Assembly: GCA_947481115.1 (NCBI GenBank)
Contig: CANKEI010000001.1
Location: forward strand, 1 to 41,571
Reading direction: 5' to 3'
Length of the DNA: 41,571 nt
DNA from: a bacterium
Lineage (GTDB): Bacteria; Babelota; Babeliae; Babelales; JABDEC01
Shown: positions 8,360 through 17,399 of the stretch, piece by piece
Layout of the letters: each line of letters opens with the position of its first letter
Position numbering within the stretch: position 1 is the first letter of the stretch
Made by a program: the position numbers and the translations under genes
The notes under the pieces: model-generated
The model's input: the letters and a program-made list of their open reading frames with translations, nothing else
The model's database searches: none
Told to the model about the DNA's origin: nothing

Positions 8360-9490
8360 TTATTGTGCTTGAATGCTGTCTGGTGAAACTGGCATCGCAA
8401 GATAAAGGTATTGTAATCGTTCATCGCGCGATTCGAAAATGATCGGCTGCGCAGAACTTTTCAAATAAAATTTAACTTCTGGCTCTGAGAATACTTGCAA
8501 GCCATTAAGAATATAGGGTGCATAAAATCTAATGCCCAGTTTTTGGTCACCATGTTCCGTAAGTTGCAAAACCTCTTGTAGCGAACCCACTTCTTTATTG
8601 TTCATTAAGACATTTAGTTCGCTATCGTGAAAATCAAATTTAGCGGCAATAAACTGCCCAGATAATAAGCAGGCTGATCGTTTCAATGTTTTCATAAAAT
8701 CAGCCCGCTTAATTGCTGATTTTTGAAAGCCTTCTTTAGATAAAATCGGTTTATATTCTGGAAAACTATCAACTAATAATTTACTAAAGAAATTAAAAGA
8801 TTCGCCAGAGAAAACCAACTGTTTATCACAGGTACCCAAAAATATAATCCCATCGTTAGCAGTTTCGACCAATTTTTTCAATTCAAAAATAGCTCTGCGC
8901 GGTAACAACCAGCTGTTATTTTGCGCTAGCTTACAGCTTTCAGAGCTGGCCTGTGCCAAACAGTGTCCATCGGTGGCTGTCATTTTTAAGCCAGAGGGTG
9001 AAATCTCTAAAAGCAGACCATTAAGGGCTGGATTACTGTTATTTTGCGGAATCACAAAAGCTACTTTTTCTAACATATCTAATAATAAACGCGATTCGAG
9101 ATGCATTAAGTTTTCGATGCGCTCTGGGAACGAAGGGAAATCTTGGATTTCGCGTAAATTTAACGACAATCTCGCTGCACAAGCTTGAATCGAAACCATG
9201 TTATTATCGATGGTAAATTTAATTTCACCATCCAGTTCTTTAACTAGATCAAAAATTCGTTTACCAGATAATAGAAACGCACAATCGCCAGCCAGATCGC
9301 TCTGCTCGATGGGGCAACTATATTGCAAACTAATCTCTAGGTCAGTGCTTTTTAAGATTAATTCTTTATGACGAGCTAAAAAGAAGATCGCTGCGGTTGA
9401 CTCTAGGGTAGTGCGTCGATTACAGATGGGCTGCATAGCGGCTAGCACAGTATTTAAACTTTTTTGATCTACGGAAAAGCTGTTCGACAT
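8360..9490 (-). CDS. dnaN: DNA polymerase III beta sliding clamp
   Basis: 376 aa with three-domain clamp-like sequence and length. Sits in dnaN-recF synteny, with a 5-nt gap to recF. Confidence 0.92.
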   Translation of the reverse strand: MSNSFSVDQKSLNTVLAAMQPICNRRTTLESTAAIFFLARHKELILKSTDLEISLQYSCPIEQSDLAGDCAFLLSGKRIFDLVKELDGEIKFTIDNNMVSIQACAARLSLNLREIQDFPSFPERIENLMHLESRLLLDMLEKVAFVIPQNNSNPALNGLLLEISPSGLKMTATDGHCLAQASSESCKLAQNNSWLLPRRAIFELKKLVETANDGIIFLGTCDKQLVFSGESFNFFSKLLVDSFPEYKPILSKEGFQKSAIKRADFMKTLKRSACLLSGQFIAAKFDFHDSELNVLMNNKEVGSLQEVLQLTEHGDQKLGIRFYAPYILNGLQVFSEPEVKFYLKSSAQPIIFESRDERLQYLYLAMPVSPDSIQAQ

Positions 9491-9546
9491 ATTTAAAAAG
9501 CACCTATTTAAAAAAACTAAATTAATTTTGGCATTTAATTATTCTA

Positions 9547-11820
9547 CTAAATTTCGCAGTTAGTGCCAACGCACGCCAATTCACGTTTTAGATCAGTTTC
9601 GTTTTCATGTTCGTACGTAACGATTTTGGAAAAATCAATATGCTGCACGCGTTTTAAGAGCTCATAGTACTGCGCTTCGGCAATCTCTTCATACGGAGCT
9701 AGTTCGTAGACATGCTCAAAACGCGGCAAGAAAGATAAACCGCCCACCGTGTCCCAGTTTTTATAGATCCAGTTAGCTACATCTAACCATTCATGATCAC
9801 TAATGGAGACTGTCACTGAGGGATTATGCTCCGTAAAATTTAACTTAGCTAATTTCCAGTGCTCCAATTGATCTAAGGCGGTTAAGTCGTTTTTGAAAAT
9901 GGCATGATCTGGTGCTTTAACCGGAAATTCTAGCACAAAAGTAGTGGCATTTTTAAGTTCCTGTCCAACTTCTGGGTGGTACGGTACCCCTTGATCACGT
10001 AACATTTTAAAGAGCGAATCTGTGGCCGAAATTCGTACGCGTCGAATATAATATGGCGCATATCTCGGGTGCATGCCAGAAGCACAATTAACTAATTGTG
10101 AGAGTGTGCCAGAAGGTTTTACACAAGTAATACAAGTTGATTCAACGGTGTTAAATCTAGCAGCATATTCACGATTTACGCGAATCGACTCGTTTCGCAA
10201 CTGTTGTAAGACTTGCGCATTGCGTACCACAGGGCAATCCCATTGGCCAGTAATAGAAACACCCAATAAGCGCTCTTCTTGACAGTTTTTGGCCCAATCT
10301 TGCGAAAGATAGGGAAAATTGGTTAAAGTTGCTTGATAAGTACCTAAAATAGTTGCGATGCGCGTTTTTCGCATTAAGATATCGACTGTATCTGTTTCGC
10401 GCGCCACTACTTCTGATAGATTACAAAACTGTTTGGAGCGTAAAATAATTTCACCACACGGATTGGTGCCCCACGCGCTATTAAGCTTATTTTTAGCCAA
10501 ACGACGGGTAGGTAAATTTTTATTAGTTGCCCAACGATTAAAGATTCCTCGTTCGCCAGACCCAGAACGAATTAATGACAGCCATTCTTCTAAAAATAAA
10601 CTTACCGAGGGCTTTTCAGTATAAACGGCAGAATTGTTAGCTAGTGAACGTTGCGAGTGGTTACGATAAAATTGCCCTTGTTTAGCATCGCGCATCTCTA
10701 AATCGTCGATATCAGAAAGTGAGATTAGCGCGCTGCGACGTACCCCACCGGCTACAACACATTCGCCGATCTTGCAAATAATATCATGCACATCGAGGGC
10801 CGTGATCTTTTCACCTTGGCGCTTTAAAATTGTATCGCGTGTAAAATTTAGTAAATTTCTCAGAGGTTCGGGCCCAGCACTTTTGCCACCCATAGTTTTT
10901 AGGCGAGCGCCAGCCGGTCGTAATTGCGATAGATCGAAACTTACATCTTGACCATTAAACCAAGTTTTTATGCCAAATGCTAACGCATCGGCCCAGCCCT
11001 CTTTGCTATCTGGTACAATATAAGTTTCTAATAATTCACTAGCTTGAGGTTTAATAGTCGGAAATTGTGAAACATTTTGGCGTTCGACTGAAAAGCCAAC
11101 CCCGGTACCGCACATTAAAATATATAAGATTTCCGCAAAATCCTGAAACTCGCTCGGCGCTATAAACGAACAATTGTAAGCCGCTATATTGGTAGCCCTA
11201 GCTGCGGTGCCGGCAAATTGCAGCAAACGCATTGATGGCATAGCTTCTTGACGCAAAATCGCCTGATGAATTTCGGTATATTCGTCGTTGGTTAACTTAC
11301 TGCCTAAATGCTCTTGCATAAAGCTCATGTAGCGCTTGACCGCTTCAATCCAAGTCTCGCGCCGCGATTCAGTTTCGATCCAACGTGCATAGGTGCGATA
11401 ATACACAAATTCAGCCAGTGAATTTTGAAAATATTGTTTGCTGTCTTGGACTAGTTCGCGCACATGTGTTGGTATATTACCTGATGTTTGACGCGCTTCA
11501 AAACGTTTTTGGCGATACAAAATATAAGCTTTCGCGGTTTTTACAAAACCAGCTAAGATTAATTGCGCTTCGACTATATCTTGCACCTGTTCTACTTCAG
11601 GCATAGTAGTAAAAAGAATAGTTATGTCTTGCTCTGGCGCACTATTTTGAGTTTTTGAATTAGCGATTTCAGTACAAACTTTTTGAGTGACAAAATCTGC
11701 ATCTGTTTCTGTACCCTCACCAGTTGCTTTAAAAGCTCTAAAAAGAGCTTCAAAAATTTTGCGATCATCAAAAGCAGCTACCGTACCATCACGTTTTTTA
11801 ATCGATTTATTTAGCAACAT
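9547..11820 (-). CDS. nrdJ: Class II (adenosylcobalamin-dependent) ribonucleotide reductase with an N-terminal ATP-cone
   Basis: 757 aa. ATP-cone-like N-terminus (KKRDGTVAAFDDRKIFEAL), active-site NPCGEI and CNLSEV motifs, and overall NrdJ-type organisation. Confidence 0.88.
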   Translation of the reverse strand: MLLNKSIKKRDGTVAAFDDRKIFEALFRAFKATGEGTETDADFVTQKVCTEIANSKTQNSAPEQDITILFTTMPEVEQVQDIVEAQLILAGFVKTAKAYILYRQKRFEARQTSGNIPTHVRELVQDSKQYFQNSLAEFVYYRTYARWIETESRRETWIEAVKRYMSFMQEHLGSKLTNDEYTEIHQAILRQEAMPSMRLLQFAGTAARATNIAAYNCSFIAPSEFQDFAEILYILMCGTGVGFSVERQNVSQFPTIKPQASELLETYIVPDSKEGWADALAFGIKTWFNGQDVSFDLSQLRPAGARLKTMGGKSAGPEPLRNLLNFTRDTILKRQGEKITALDVHDIICKIGECVVAGGVRRSALISLSDIDDLEMRDAKQGQFYRNHSQRSLANNSAVYTEKPSVSLFLEEWLSLIRSGSGERGIFNRWATNKNLPTRRLAKNKLNSAWGTNPCGEIILRSKQFCNLSEVVARETDTVDILMRKTRIATILGTYQATLTNFPYLSQDWAKNCQEERLLGVSITGQWDCPVVRNAQVLQQLRNESIRVNREYAARFNTVESTCITCVKPSGTLSQLVNCASGMHPRYAPYYIRRVRISATDSLFKMLRDQGVPYHPEVGQELKNATTFVLEFPVKAPDHAIFKNDLTALDQLEHWKLAKLNFTEHNPSVTVSISDHEWLDVANWIYKNWDTVGGLSFLPRFEHVYELAPYEEIAEAQYYELLKRVQHIDFSKIVTYEHENETDLKRELACVGTNCEI

Positions 11821-12431
11821 ATTGAGATCCTAGATACTAATTTTGAATAAAATTTATTGCTCAAGAGTAAACCCGAGGCGAAGTCGGGAGTAATTTTACA
11901 GTTGATACGTCCGTGGTGAGTGATTTTTAGCATCGCTAAAAATTGTATCGAACTATAAATTAAACTTGTGCTAGCACAATTACTAACCATATGCACTAAG
12001 CTAAATGGCACTTGCCCAATTAACATAACTAGCCAAGCTTGCTCAAAAAAAAGCGGACCAGTACTAGCCGTAAGTAAATCATAAAAAATGGTCACTAAAA
12101 CTGTGAAAATCAAAGAATTTATAAAGCTATAATTTTTAGTTTTTACCAAAGCGCTGGTTAAGCAACTTACTAAAAAATAACTGATGCTAGTAACTATACT
12201 CCATGTGCCCCAATTATCAGCCAGTAGATCTCCACCAAGAATGGTAGTAGCGCTCCAGAGTCCTAATGCGATTGGCCCAAAAATCTGCGCTAGTAGTAAC
12301 TGTATGCCCCAAATAAGATCGATATTGCCCGGCAAATTTAGCGAATATTTAAATAATAAGCAAAAGCTTGCACTTAACAGCCAAAAACTGATATATTTCA
12401 AAGATTTATTTTTTAAAATATTTTTCAACAT
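11811..12431 (-). CDS. Polytopic membrane protein (5-6 TM), resembling an ECF S-component or solitary vitamin transporter
   Basis: 206 aa and hydrophobic throughout. Its stop overlaps the nrdJ start by 10 nt (atgttgctaa reads ATG for nrdJ and TGT TGC TAA for this gene). Confidence 0.65.
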   Translation of the reverse strand: MLKNILKNKSLKYISFWLLSASFCLLFKYSLNLPGNIDLIWGIQLLLAQIFGPIALGLWSATTILGGDLLADNWGTWSIVTSISYFLVSCLTSALVKTKNYSFINSLIFTVLVTIFYDLLTASTGPLFFEQAWLVMLIGQVPFSLVHMVSNCASTSLIYSSIQFLAMLKITHHGRINCKITPDFASGLLLSNKFYSKLVSRISICC

Positions 12432-12590
12432 AGCATGTTTTCCAAGTTTAGTTTTTTAAAATTTAATTTCCGACTAAGCTTAATTTTAACTTAGCCAAGT
12501 AAACAGAAAAAAAGGGAAAATTCAATTCGATTTTTTTAGTGTAGCAGTTAAATTTTTCTTTTAAAAGAAGCTCTATAACAAAGGAAAAAA

Positions 12591-13145
12591 ATGGTTTTTG
12601 TCAACCAAAAATTAGTTAAGAATAGTAATTTTTTTACCCATACTGAAACTATTTTAATTTCACCAAAAACAGTTAAAAGACAACTGCACTTTTTGAGTTT
12701 GAGTTTGGCTTTTACAGTTCAACTTTGTGCCATGTCAACTGAAGGCGCAACTCGAACCGAAATCGCAGAAAGTCAACTCGGCACAGTTGCGAGCACATCC
12801 ATAGCAAATTTAGCCAGAATTAGAATACCTGACAGCCTAGAGAGAATTAGAGCGGACGTTAGTGCCGCCATGGCAGAGAGTTTCTATGATGAAGGTGCTA
12901 GTAGTGCAGTACGTGGAGTATCACCTAGTCGTGAAACTAGATTACGTAGAAGTTTTGATGTTCATAAATCAAGAGCTTGTTTAGATCTAGCGGCGTTTGC
13001 AGGAGAGCATGATGCAACAGGTCGTAGCAAAACTGTCGACCGACACCCTGGTAGGCCGCCTAGACACAAAGGCCCCCAAACTAGATGCAGAAATGCTGAT
13101 GGTTCCCCTACTCGAAGAGCACGCGTAGCAGCTATCAGAGTTTAG
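12591..13145 (+). CDS. Hypothetical protein with a hydrophobic segment after a long N-terminal region and an Arg/Pro-rich basic C-terminus
   Basis: AAGGA lies 6 nt upstream of the ATG. The h-region LHFLSLSLAFTVQLCA follows about 30 residues. The tail reads GRPPRHKGPQTRCRNADGSPTRRARVAAIRV. The body looks more G+C-rich than its surroundings by eye. Confidence 0.5.
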   Translation: MVFVNQKLVKNSNFFTHTETILISPKTVKRQLHFLSLSLAFTVQLCAMSTEGATRTEIAESQLGTVASTSIANLARIRIPDSLERIRADVSAAMAESFYDEGASSAVRGVSPSRETRLRRSFDVHKSRACLDLAAFAGEHDATGRSKTVDRHPGRPPRHKGPQTRCRNADGSPTRRARVAAIRV

Positions 13146-13169
13146 CTAGGAAAGTTTTAAACACGTAAA

Positions 13170-13475
13170 TTAGGGCCTAGGAATTGAGTGATAAGCATTG
13201 TAGAAAGACAGTCTATGTTTGGCAGGATCGATGGGATTACGCGAAACTTGCTCGATTTCACAAAAACCTTCTTTTGAACAAACTAAAGCTTTATCGTCTG
13301 AGCTAGGCACACTAGCTAGCCCAGCAAAACGCTCTAAGGGCTCCGCTGTGCCACAAATATCTCCAGCTGTGCGTTCGCTACAAGCTAAAGCACTATCGCG
13401 CCCTAAGGGGCTGTCTGCTAGTCCTGCCTGCAAGGCATAAGTTACCATCAAGAAAGATAATAACTTTTTATTCAT
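13170..13475 (-). CDS. Small secreted protein with 4 Cys
   Basis: Internal start MNKKLLSFLMVTYALQAGLA gives a signal peptide. The mature part carries CSERTAGDIC and CSKEGFC pairs. Convergent with 12591..13145. Confidence 0.55.
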   Translation of the reverse strand: MNKKLLSFLMVTYALQAGLADSPLGRDSALACSERTAGDICGTAEPLERFAGLASVPSSDDKALVCSKEGFCEIEQVSRNPIDPAKHRLSFYNAYHSIPRP

Positions 13476-13559
13476 AAGATCAACTCCGTAACTTAAATTA
13501 TTTTCGGGTATTAAAACACTAACACCCATTAAAACTTAAAGTAACAGATTAGCTTATCT

Positions 13560-13574
13560 GAAAACAAGAGTTTT
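13560..13574 (-). promoter_or_regulatory. Copy 2 of the recurrent motif (plus strand GAAAACAAGAGTTTT), upstream of gene 13170..13475
   Basis: The exact 12-mer aaaacaagagtt is at 13561-13572, about 84 nt upstream of the ATG at 13475. Confidence 0.4.
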
Positions 13575-13694
13575 AAAAAATTTTTAAATACTTGCTTTTT
13601 GCATCAAAGTTGTGCAAATCTTATAGTCAAATAGCAAAATTGCACAATAATTAACTAATTTCAGGTTTAAATTAAATTGTCGGGGGGCCTAAAT

Positions 13695-14858
13695 ATGTTT
13701 ATAGCACGAGAAATTACGGGACAATTATTAGCTTTTAGTAAGTTTTTTCCAGTAGTGGCACTTTTGGGACCGCGACAATCGGGCAAAACTACATTAACAC
13801 AGGCTGTTTTTGAACAATATTATTATCTAAATTTAGAAAACTTAGATCAAAGAACCGTAGCTTTATTAGACCCGCGGGGTTTTCTAGAAAAACTGCTAGT
13901 TCATCCAGGAGTAATTATCGATGAGTTTCAGCATGCACCAGAATTATTGTCTTACTTGCAGGTAATCGTTGATCGAGAAAAACGACCGGGTTTTTTTATT
14001 TTAACAGGTTCGCATAATTTTCTGATGAATCAAGCAATTAGCCAATCGTTGGCTGGGCGAGTCGGCATACTAACACTACTCCCATTGTCTAATCAAGAGA
14101 TTTTAACCGCTAAATTACAAGCAGATTTTAGTGAAACTGCGATAGTTAAAGGTTTTTACCCGCGGGCCTTTGCCGAAAATGCTTTGGCGCCACAATATAT
14201 CTATCCCAGCTATATTCAAACATATCTAGAACGTGATGTGCGCGCAATTACTAATGTAACTGATCTTAGCTTGTTTAAAAAATTTCTTGGCCTGTGTGCT
14301 GCGCGCGCCGGACAGTTGCTAAATTTTGCGGCACTAGCAACTGATGCTGGCATTAATATGGCCACAGTGCGCGCTTGGCTTACGATTTTAGAGGCTAGCT
14401 ATATTATATTTCTATTACAGCCCCACCATAGAAATTTTAATAAACGTTTAACTAAGAGTAGTAAATTATATTTCTATGATACCGGGATCGCTTGCGCGCT
14501 CTTAAATATCGAAACCAGTAGTCAATTAGAGCAGCATTATATGCGCGGAGCTTTATTTGAAAATTTAGCAATTGCTGACATTTATAAGCAGTTTTACAAT
14601 CGCGCTAAGAGCCCAGCAATTTATTTTTGGCGCGATAGCCATGGTCACGAAGTAGATTGTTTAATTGAGCAAGGCGCAGAATTGCTGCCGATCGAAATTA
14701 AAGCGGGCATGACGATTCAAGTGAACTTTTTGTCGGGTCTACAATATTGGCAAGAGTTAGCTGGGGTTAAACAGGGCCTGCTAATTTATGGCGGCCGCGA
14801 AGAGCTAAAAATCTCAAATATTGATATTAAAAGTTGGCGTGATTTTAAAATTTTTTAG
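13695..14858 (+). CDS. AAA+ ATPase with a C-terminal PD-(D/E)xK-like nuclease motif (AAA_14 plus DUF4143-type architecture)
   Basis: Walker A GPRQSGKT, Walker B VIIDEFQ, and the C-terminal GHEVDCLIEQGAELLPIEIKAG (D...ExK). A G6 run 7 nt upstream of the ATG at 13695 acts as the SD. Confidence 0.85.
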   Translation: MFIAREITGQLLAFSKFFPVVALLGPRQSGKTTLTQAVFEQYYYLNLENLDQRTVALLDPRGFLEKLLVHPGVIIDEFQHAPELLSYLQVIVDREKRPGFFILTGSHNFLMNQAISQSLAGRVGILTLLPLSNQEILTAKLQADFSETAIVKGFYPRAFAENALAPQYIYPSYIQTYLERDVRAITNVTDLSLFKKFLGLCAARAGQLLNFAALATDAGINMATVRAWLTILEASYIIFLLQPHHRNFNKRLTKSSKLYFYDTGIACALLNIETSSQLEQHYMRGALFENLAIADIYKQFYNRAKSPAIYFWRDSHGHEVDCLIEQGAELLPIEIKAGMTIQVNFLSGLQYWQELAGVKQGLLIYGGREELKISNIDIKSWRDFKIF

Positions 14859-14928
14859 AAAAAACTACTTGAGTAATTTACGGTTTCTACTCGCAATATT
14901 ACTATTATAAAGAGCTCTAACGCTGTAC

Positions 14929-15837
14929 TTAAGACCGTGGATGTCGTTTGTCATAAATCGAGCGTAAATAGTCGACATCGACGTGGGTATAGATCTGTAC
15001 AGTCGAGAGATTCTCGTGTCCCAACAACATTTGTAAAAGTCTTAAATTAGCCCCTTTGCGTAATAAGTGTGTCGCTAAAGAGTGGCGCAATTTATGGGGT
15101 GACAGCTCTGATTGAATGTTAGCTTGTTTAGCTAAATTTTTTAGAATTTGCCAAAAGGCTTGTCGGGTAATCGGTCGAATTTTGGCGCCGTATAATACTG
15201 GGAATAAACAAGCTGAGCTGTTTAAATTACTTTTGCCTGAAAGATTAGCATGGGCAGTTTTTAAATAATTTTGTTCAAGTTCTAGTAAAAACTCTTTCGG
15301 TACTGGCACTAGGCGCTCTTTGCCTCCTTTGCCGGAAACCGTAATAAAGCCCGTATCGAATCTAATATCAGAAATCTTAAGATTAGTTAGTTCGCTGACA
15401 CGCATGCCAGTAACATAAAGTAAACTAATCATGGTACGATTACGTACACCCAGGTCAGTCTTGTCTTGATTGGCACAGGTTAATAACTGTTCGACTTCAA
15501 GTTCAGTTAAAAATTTAGGTAAACGTTTTTCTAGTTTTGGTAAATTTAAGCTTTGGGCTAAATTTAAATGGTCATGTTCACGGGCTAAAAAATTATAAAA
15601 GACTTTTAAAGCTGAAATCTTACGCGACATTGAACGAGCTGAGAGCGCTTTATTTTTACGCAAATAAGTTAAATAAGCTTTTAATTGAACTAAATCTAGG
15701 TTGCTAAAACTCAGCTCACGTTTGCTTAAATAACTTTCGAATTGGCGCAAATCTTGCATGTAAGCGCTCACGGTATTGCGGGCTGAGCGTTTTTCAGTTA
15801 ATAAGTAAATCTCAAATTGCCCAATATACTGCTCCAT
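14929..15837 (-). CDS. xerD: Tyrosine recombinase of the XerC/XerD family, more XerD-like
   Basis: 302 aa. Catalytic pattern R (GMRVSEL), K, HKLRHSLATHLL, LLGHENLSTVQIYTHV with the nucleophilic Y. The LQMLLGH segment resembles XerD. Confidence 0.8.
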   Translation of the reverse strand: MEQYIGQFEIYLLTEKRSARNTVSAYMQDLRQFESYLSKRELSFSNLDLVQLKAYLTYLRKNKALSARSMSRKISALKVFYNFLAREHDHLNLAQSLNLPKLEKRLPKFLTELEVEQLLTCANQDKTDLGVRNRTMISLLYVTGMRVSELTNLKISDIRFDTGFITVSGKGGKERLVPVPKEFLLELEQNYLKTAHANLSGKSNLNSSACLFPVLYGAKIRPITRQAFWQILKNLAKQANIQSELSPHKLRHSLATHLLRKGANLRLLQMLLGHENLSTVQIYTHVDVDYLRSIYDKRHPRS

Positions 15838-15848
15838 AAACTTGCTCT

Positions 15849-17273
15849 CTAGTAAGATTTTGCTACAATCACATCTGATTTGCTAAATTCAGCACAGTTA
15901 AAACAGTTGGCCTGAGTCTTTTCAGCTAAGACACACCTAATTGACGCTTTATAATTTTTTAATTGCGCTTCACAATCAGGTGAGCTGCACCAACCAGTTT
16001 GATAAGCCCCACCCGCACCAGCTAATTCTTGGCCAAACTCAGTTAGCTTAGTACCAGTAGCTAAATTTTGCTTAAACTTAATTTCGGCACGCTTAAACAT
16101 CTCGGTTTGCAAAAACTCTAATTTATTAGTCACATGCGTAACTATTTCGGGCCAAGCTAACACTATTTTTTGTGAGTCTAATCTGTCAGTAAGAATTACT
16201 TGATTAGCTGCTAAATCTTTTGGGCCCAGTTCAATTCTTAAGGGCACACCTTTGAGCTCCCACTTATAAAATTTAGCCCCCGGGGTTTTATGCTCATCTA
16301 GATCGAGCTTAACACGCACACCAGCTAATTTTAATTGATCAGCTAAGTTTTGCGCAGCCAAAATAATATTATTTTTTTCGGTTAGATCGCCCCGTAAGAT
16401 TGGGATTATTACCACCTGAATCGGAGCTACTTTGGGTGGTAATACTAAGCCATTTTGGTCACCATGGACCATGATTAAAGCACCTACTAGTCTGGTAGTA
16501 GCACCCCAACTAGTAAAATATGGGTAAGCCATCTGGCCATTTTGATCTTGAAATTTAACTTCAAAAGCTTTCGCAAAACTCTGCGATAGCATATGTGAAG
16601 TGCCCATTTGCAAAGCTTTGCCATCGGGCATAATACCCTCGAAAGTATAAGTTTTCTCAGCGCCTGCAAATTTTTCGCTGGCTGATTTTTCGCCAACTAA
16701 AACTGGAATTGCCAAGTGATCTTGCGCTAGTGTAACATACTCGTTTAGCATGAGCAGCGCTTCAGTTTGTGCTTCTTCAAAAGTAGCATGTGCGGTGTGC
16801 CCCTCTTGCCAAAAAAATTCAGTTGATCTAATAAAAGGTCTCGGGCGCATTTCCCAGCGTACTACTGAAGCCCACTGATTTAATTTTAATGGCAAATCAC
16901 GATAAGACTTGATCCACTTGCTAAACATAAAATAAAAAATAGTCTCAGAGGTCGGACGTACGACTAACGGCTCTTCAAGCTCTTTACCACCAGCATGTGT
17001 CACTACTGCTAGCTCAGGCGCAAAGCCTTTGACGTGTTCAGCTTCGCGTTTAATAAAACTTTCGGGAATTAGTAGCGGGAAAGCCACGTTTTCGTGCCCA
17101 GTTGCTTTGATTCTCAGATCTAAGTAATCACGCATGTTTTCCCAAATTGCCCACCCGTAGGGCCGCACTACCATGCAACCGCGCACAGGCGCATTGTCGC
17201 TAAGCTCGGCTTGGTAGACCACTTCTTGGTACCATTCAGGAAAATTTTTCTGGATATCAGGTAATTTTTGCAT
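15849..17273 (-). CDS. proS: Prolyl-tRNA synthetase, archaeal/eukaryote-like type
   Basis: 474 aa. Class II motifs, no large bacterial INS editing domain, a C-terminal Cys-containing domain, and a terminal Tyr (…VAKSY). Confidence 0.92.
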   Translation of the reverse strand: MQKLPDIQKNFPEWYQEVVYQAELSDNAPVRGCMVVRPYGWAIWENMRDYLDLRIKATGHENVAFPLLIPESFIKREAEHVKGFAPELAVVTHAGGKELEEPLVVRPTSETIFYFMFSKWIKSYRDLPLKLNQWASVVRWEMRPRPFIRSTEFFWQEGHTAHATFEEAQTEALLMLNEYVTLAQDHLAIPVLVGEKSASEKFAGAEKTYTFEGIMPDGKALQMGTSHMLSQSFAKAFEVKFQDQNGQMAYPYFTSWGATTRLVGALIMVHGDQNGLVLPPKVAPIQVVIIPILRGDLTEKNNIILAAQNLADQLKLAGVRVKLDLDEHKTPGAKFYKWELKGVPLRIELGPKDLAANQVILTDRLDSQKIVLAWPEIVTHVTNKLEFLQTEMFKRAEIKFKQNLATGTKLTEFGQELAGAGGAYQTGWCSSPDCEAQLKNYKASIRCVLAEKTQANCFNCAEFSKSDVIVAKSY

Positions 17274-17301
17274 GACTACTTTCAGACTAAGATTTTAGAC
17301 T

Positions 17302-17357
17302 AAAACAAAAAAATATTTGCTAAACCAATTAAGACTTAACTAGTTTAGCAAATATTT
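17302..17357 (-). terminator. Rho-independent terminator of the ankyrin-repeat gene
   Basis: Perfect 15-bp stem, aaatatttgctaaac (17311-17325) with gtttagcaaatattt (17343-17357). The minus strand follows with TTTTTTTGTTTT. Confidence 0.7.
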
Positions 17358-17399
17358 AGTTTTTGATGCAAAAATTATTAGCCCTTTTTTTGTTGTTTT

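Noticed and set aside
9491-9546. The possibility that the dnaN upstream region is oriC.
   Set aside because: The spacer is only 56 bp. I found no cluster of DnaA-box-like 9-mers here or elsewhere in the window.
12432-12590. A search for a cobalamin riboswitch upstream of the membrane-protein and nrdJ operon.
   Set aside because: I could not recognise a B12-box-like conserved core or a multi-stem GC-rich structure by eye. A covariance-model search would be needed to exclude one.
13610-13647. An inverted repeat, ttgtgcaa-N22-ttgcacaa, in the divergent promoter region between 13475 and 13695.
   Set aside because: It has only 8 bp per arm with a long spacer. It is a plausible operator, but the support is too weak for a finding.
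12591-15837. The idea that the orphan genes, the AAA ATPase and the tyrosine recombinase form an integrated mobile island.
   Set aside because: The recombinase looks like housekeeping XerD with the full catalytic signature. I saw no flanking direct repeats, tRNA target, excisionase or other mobility genes.
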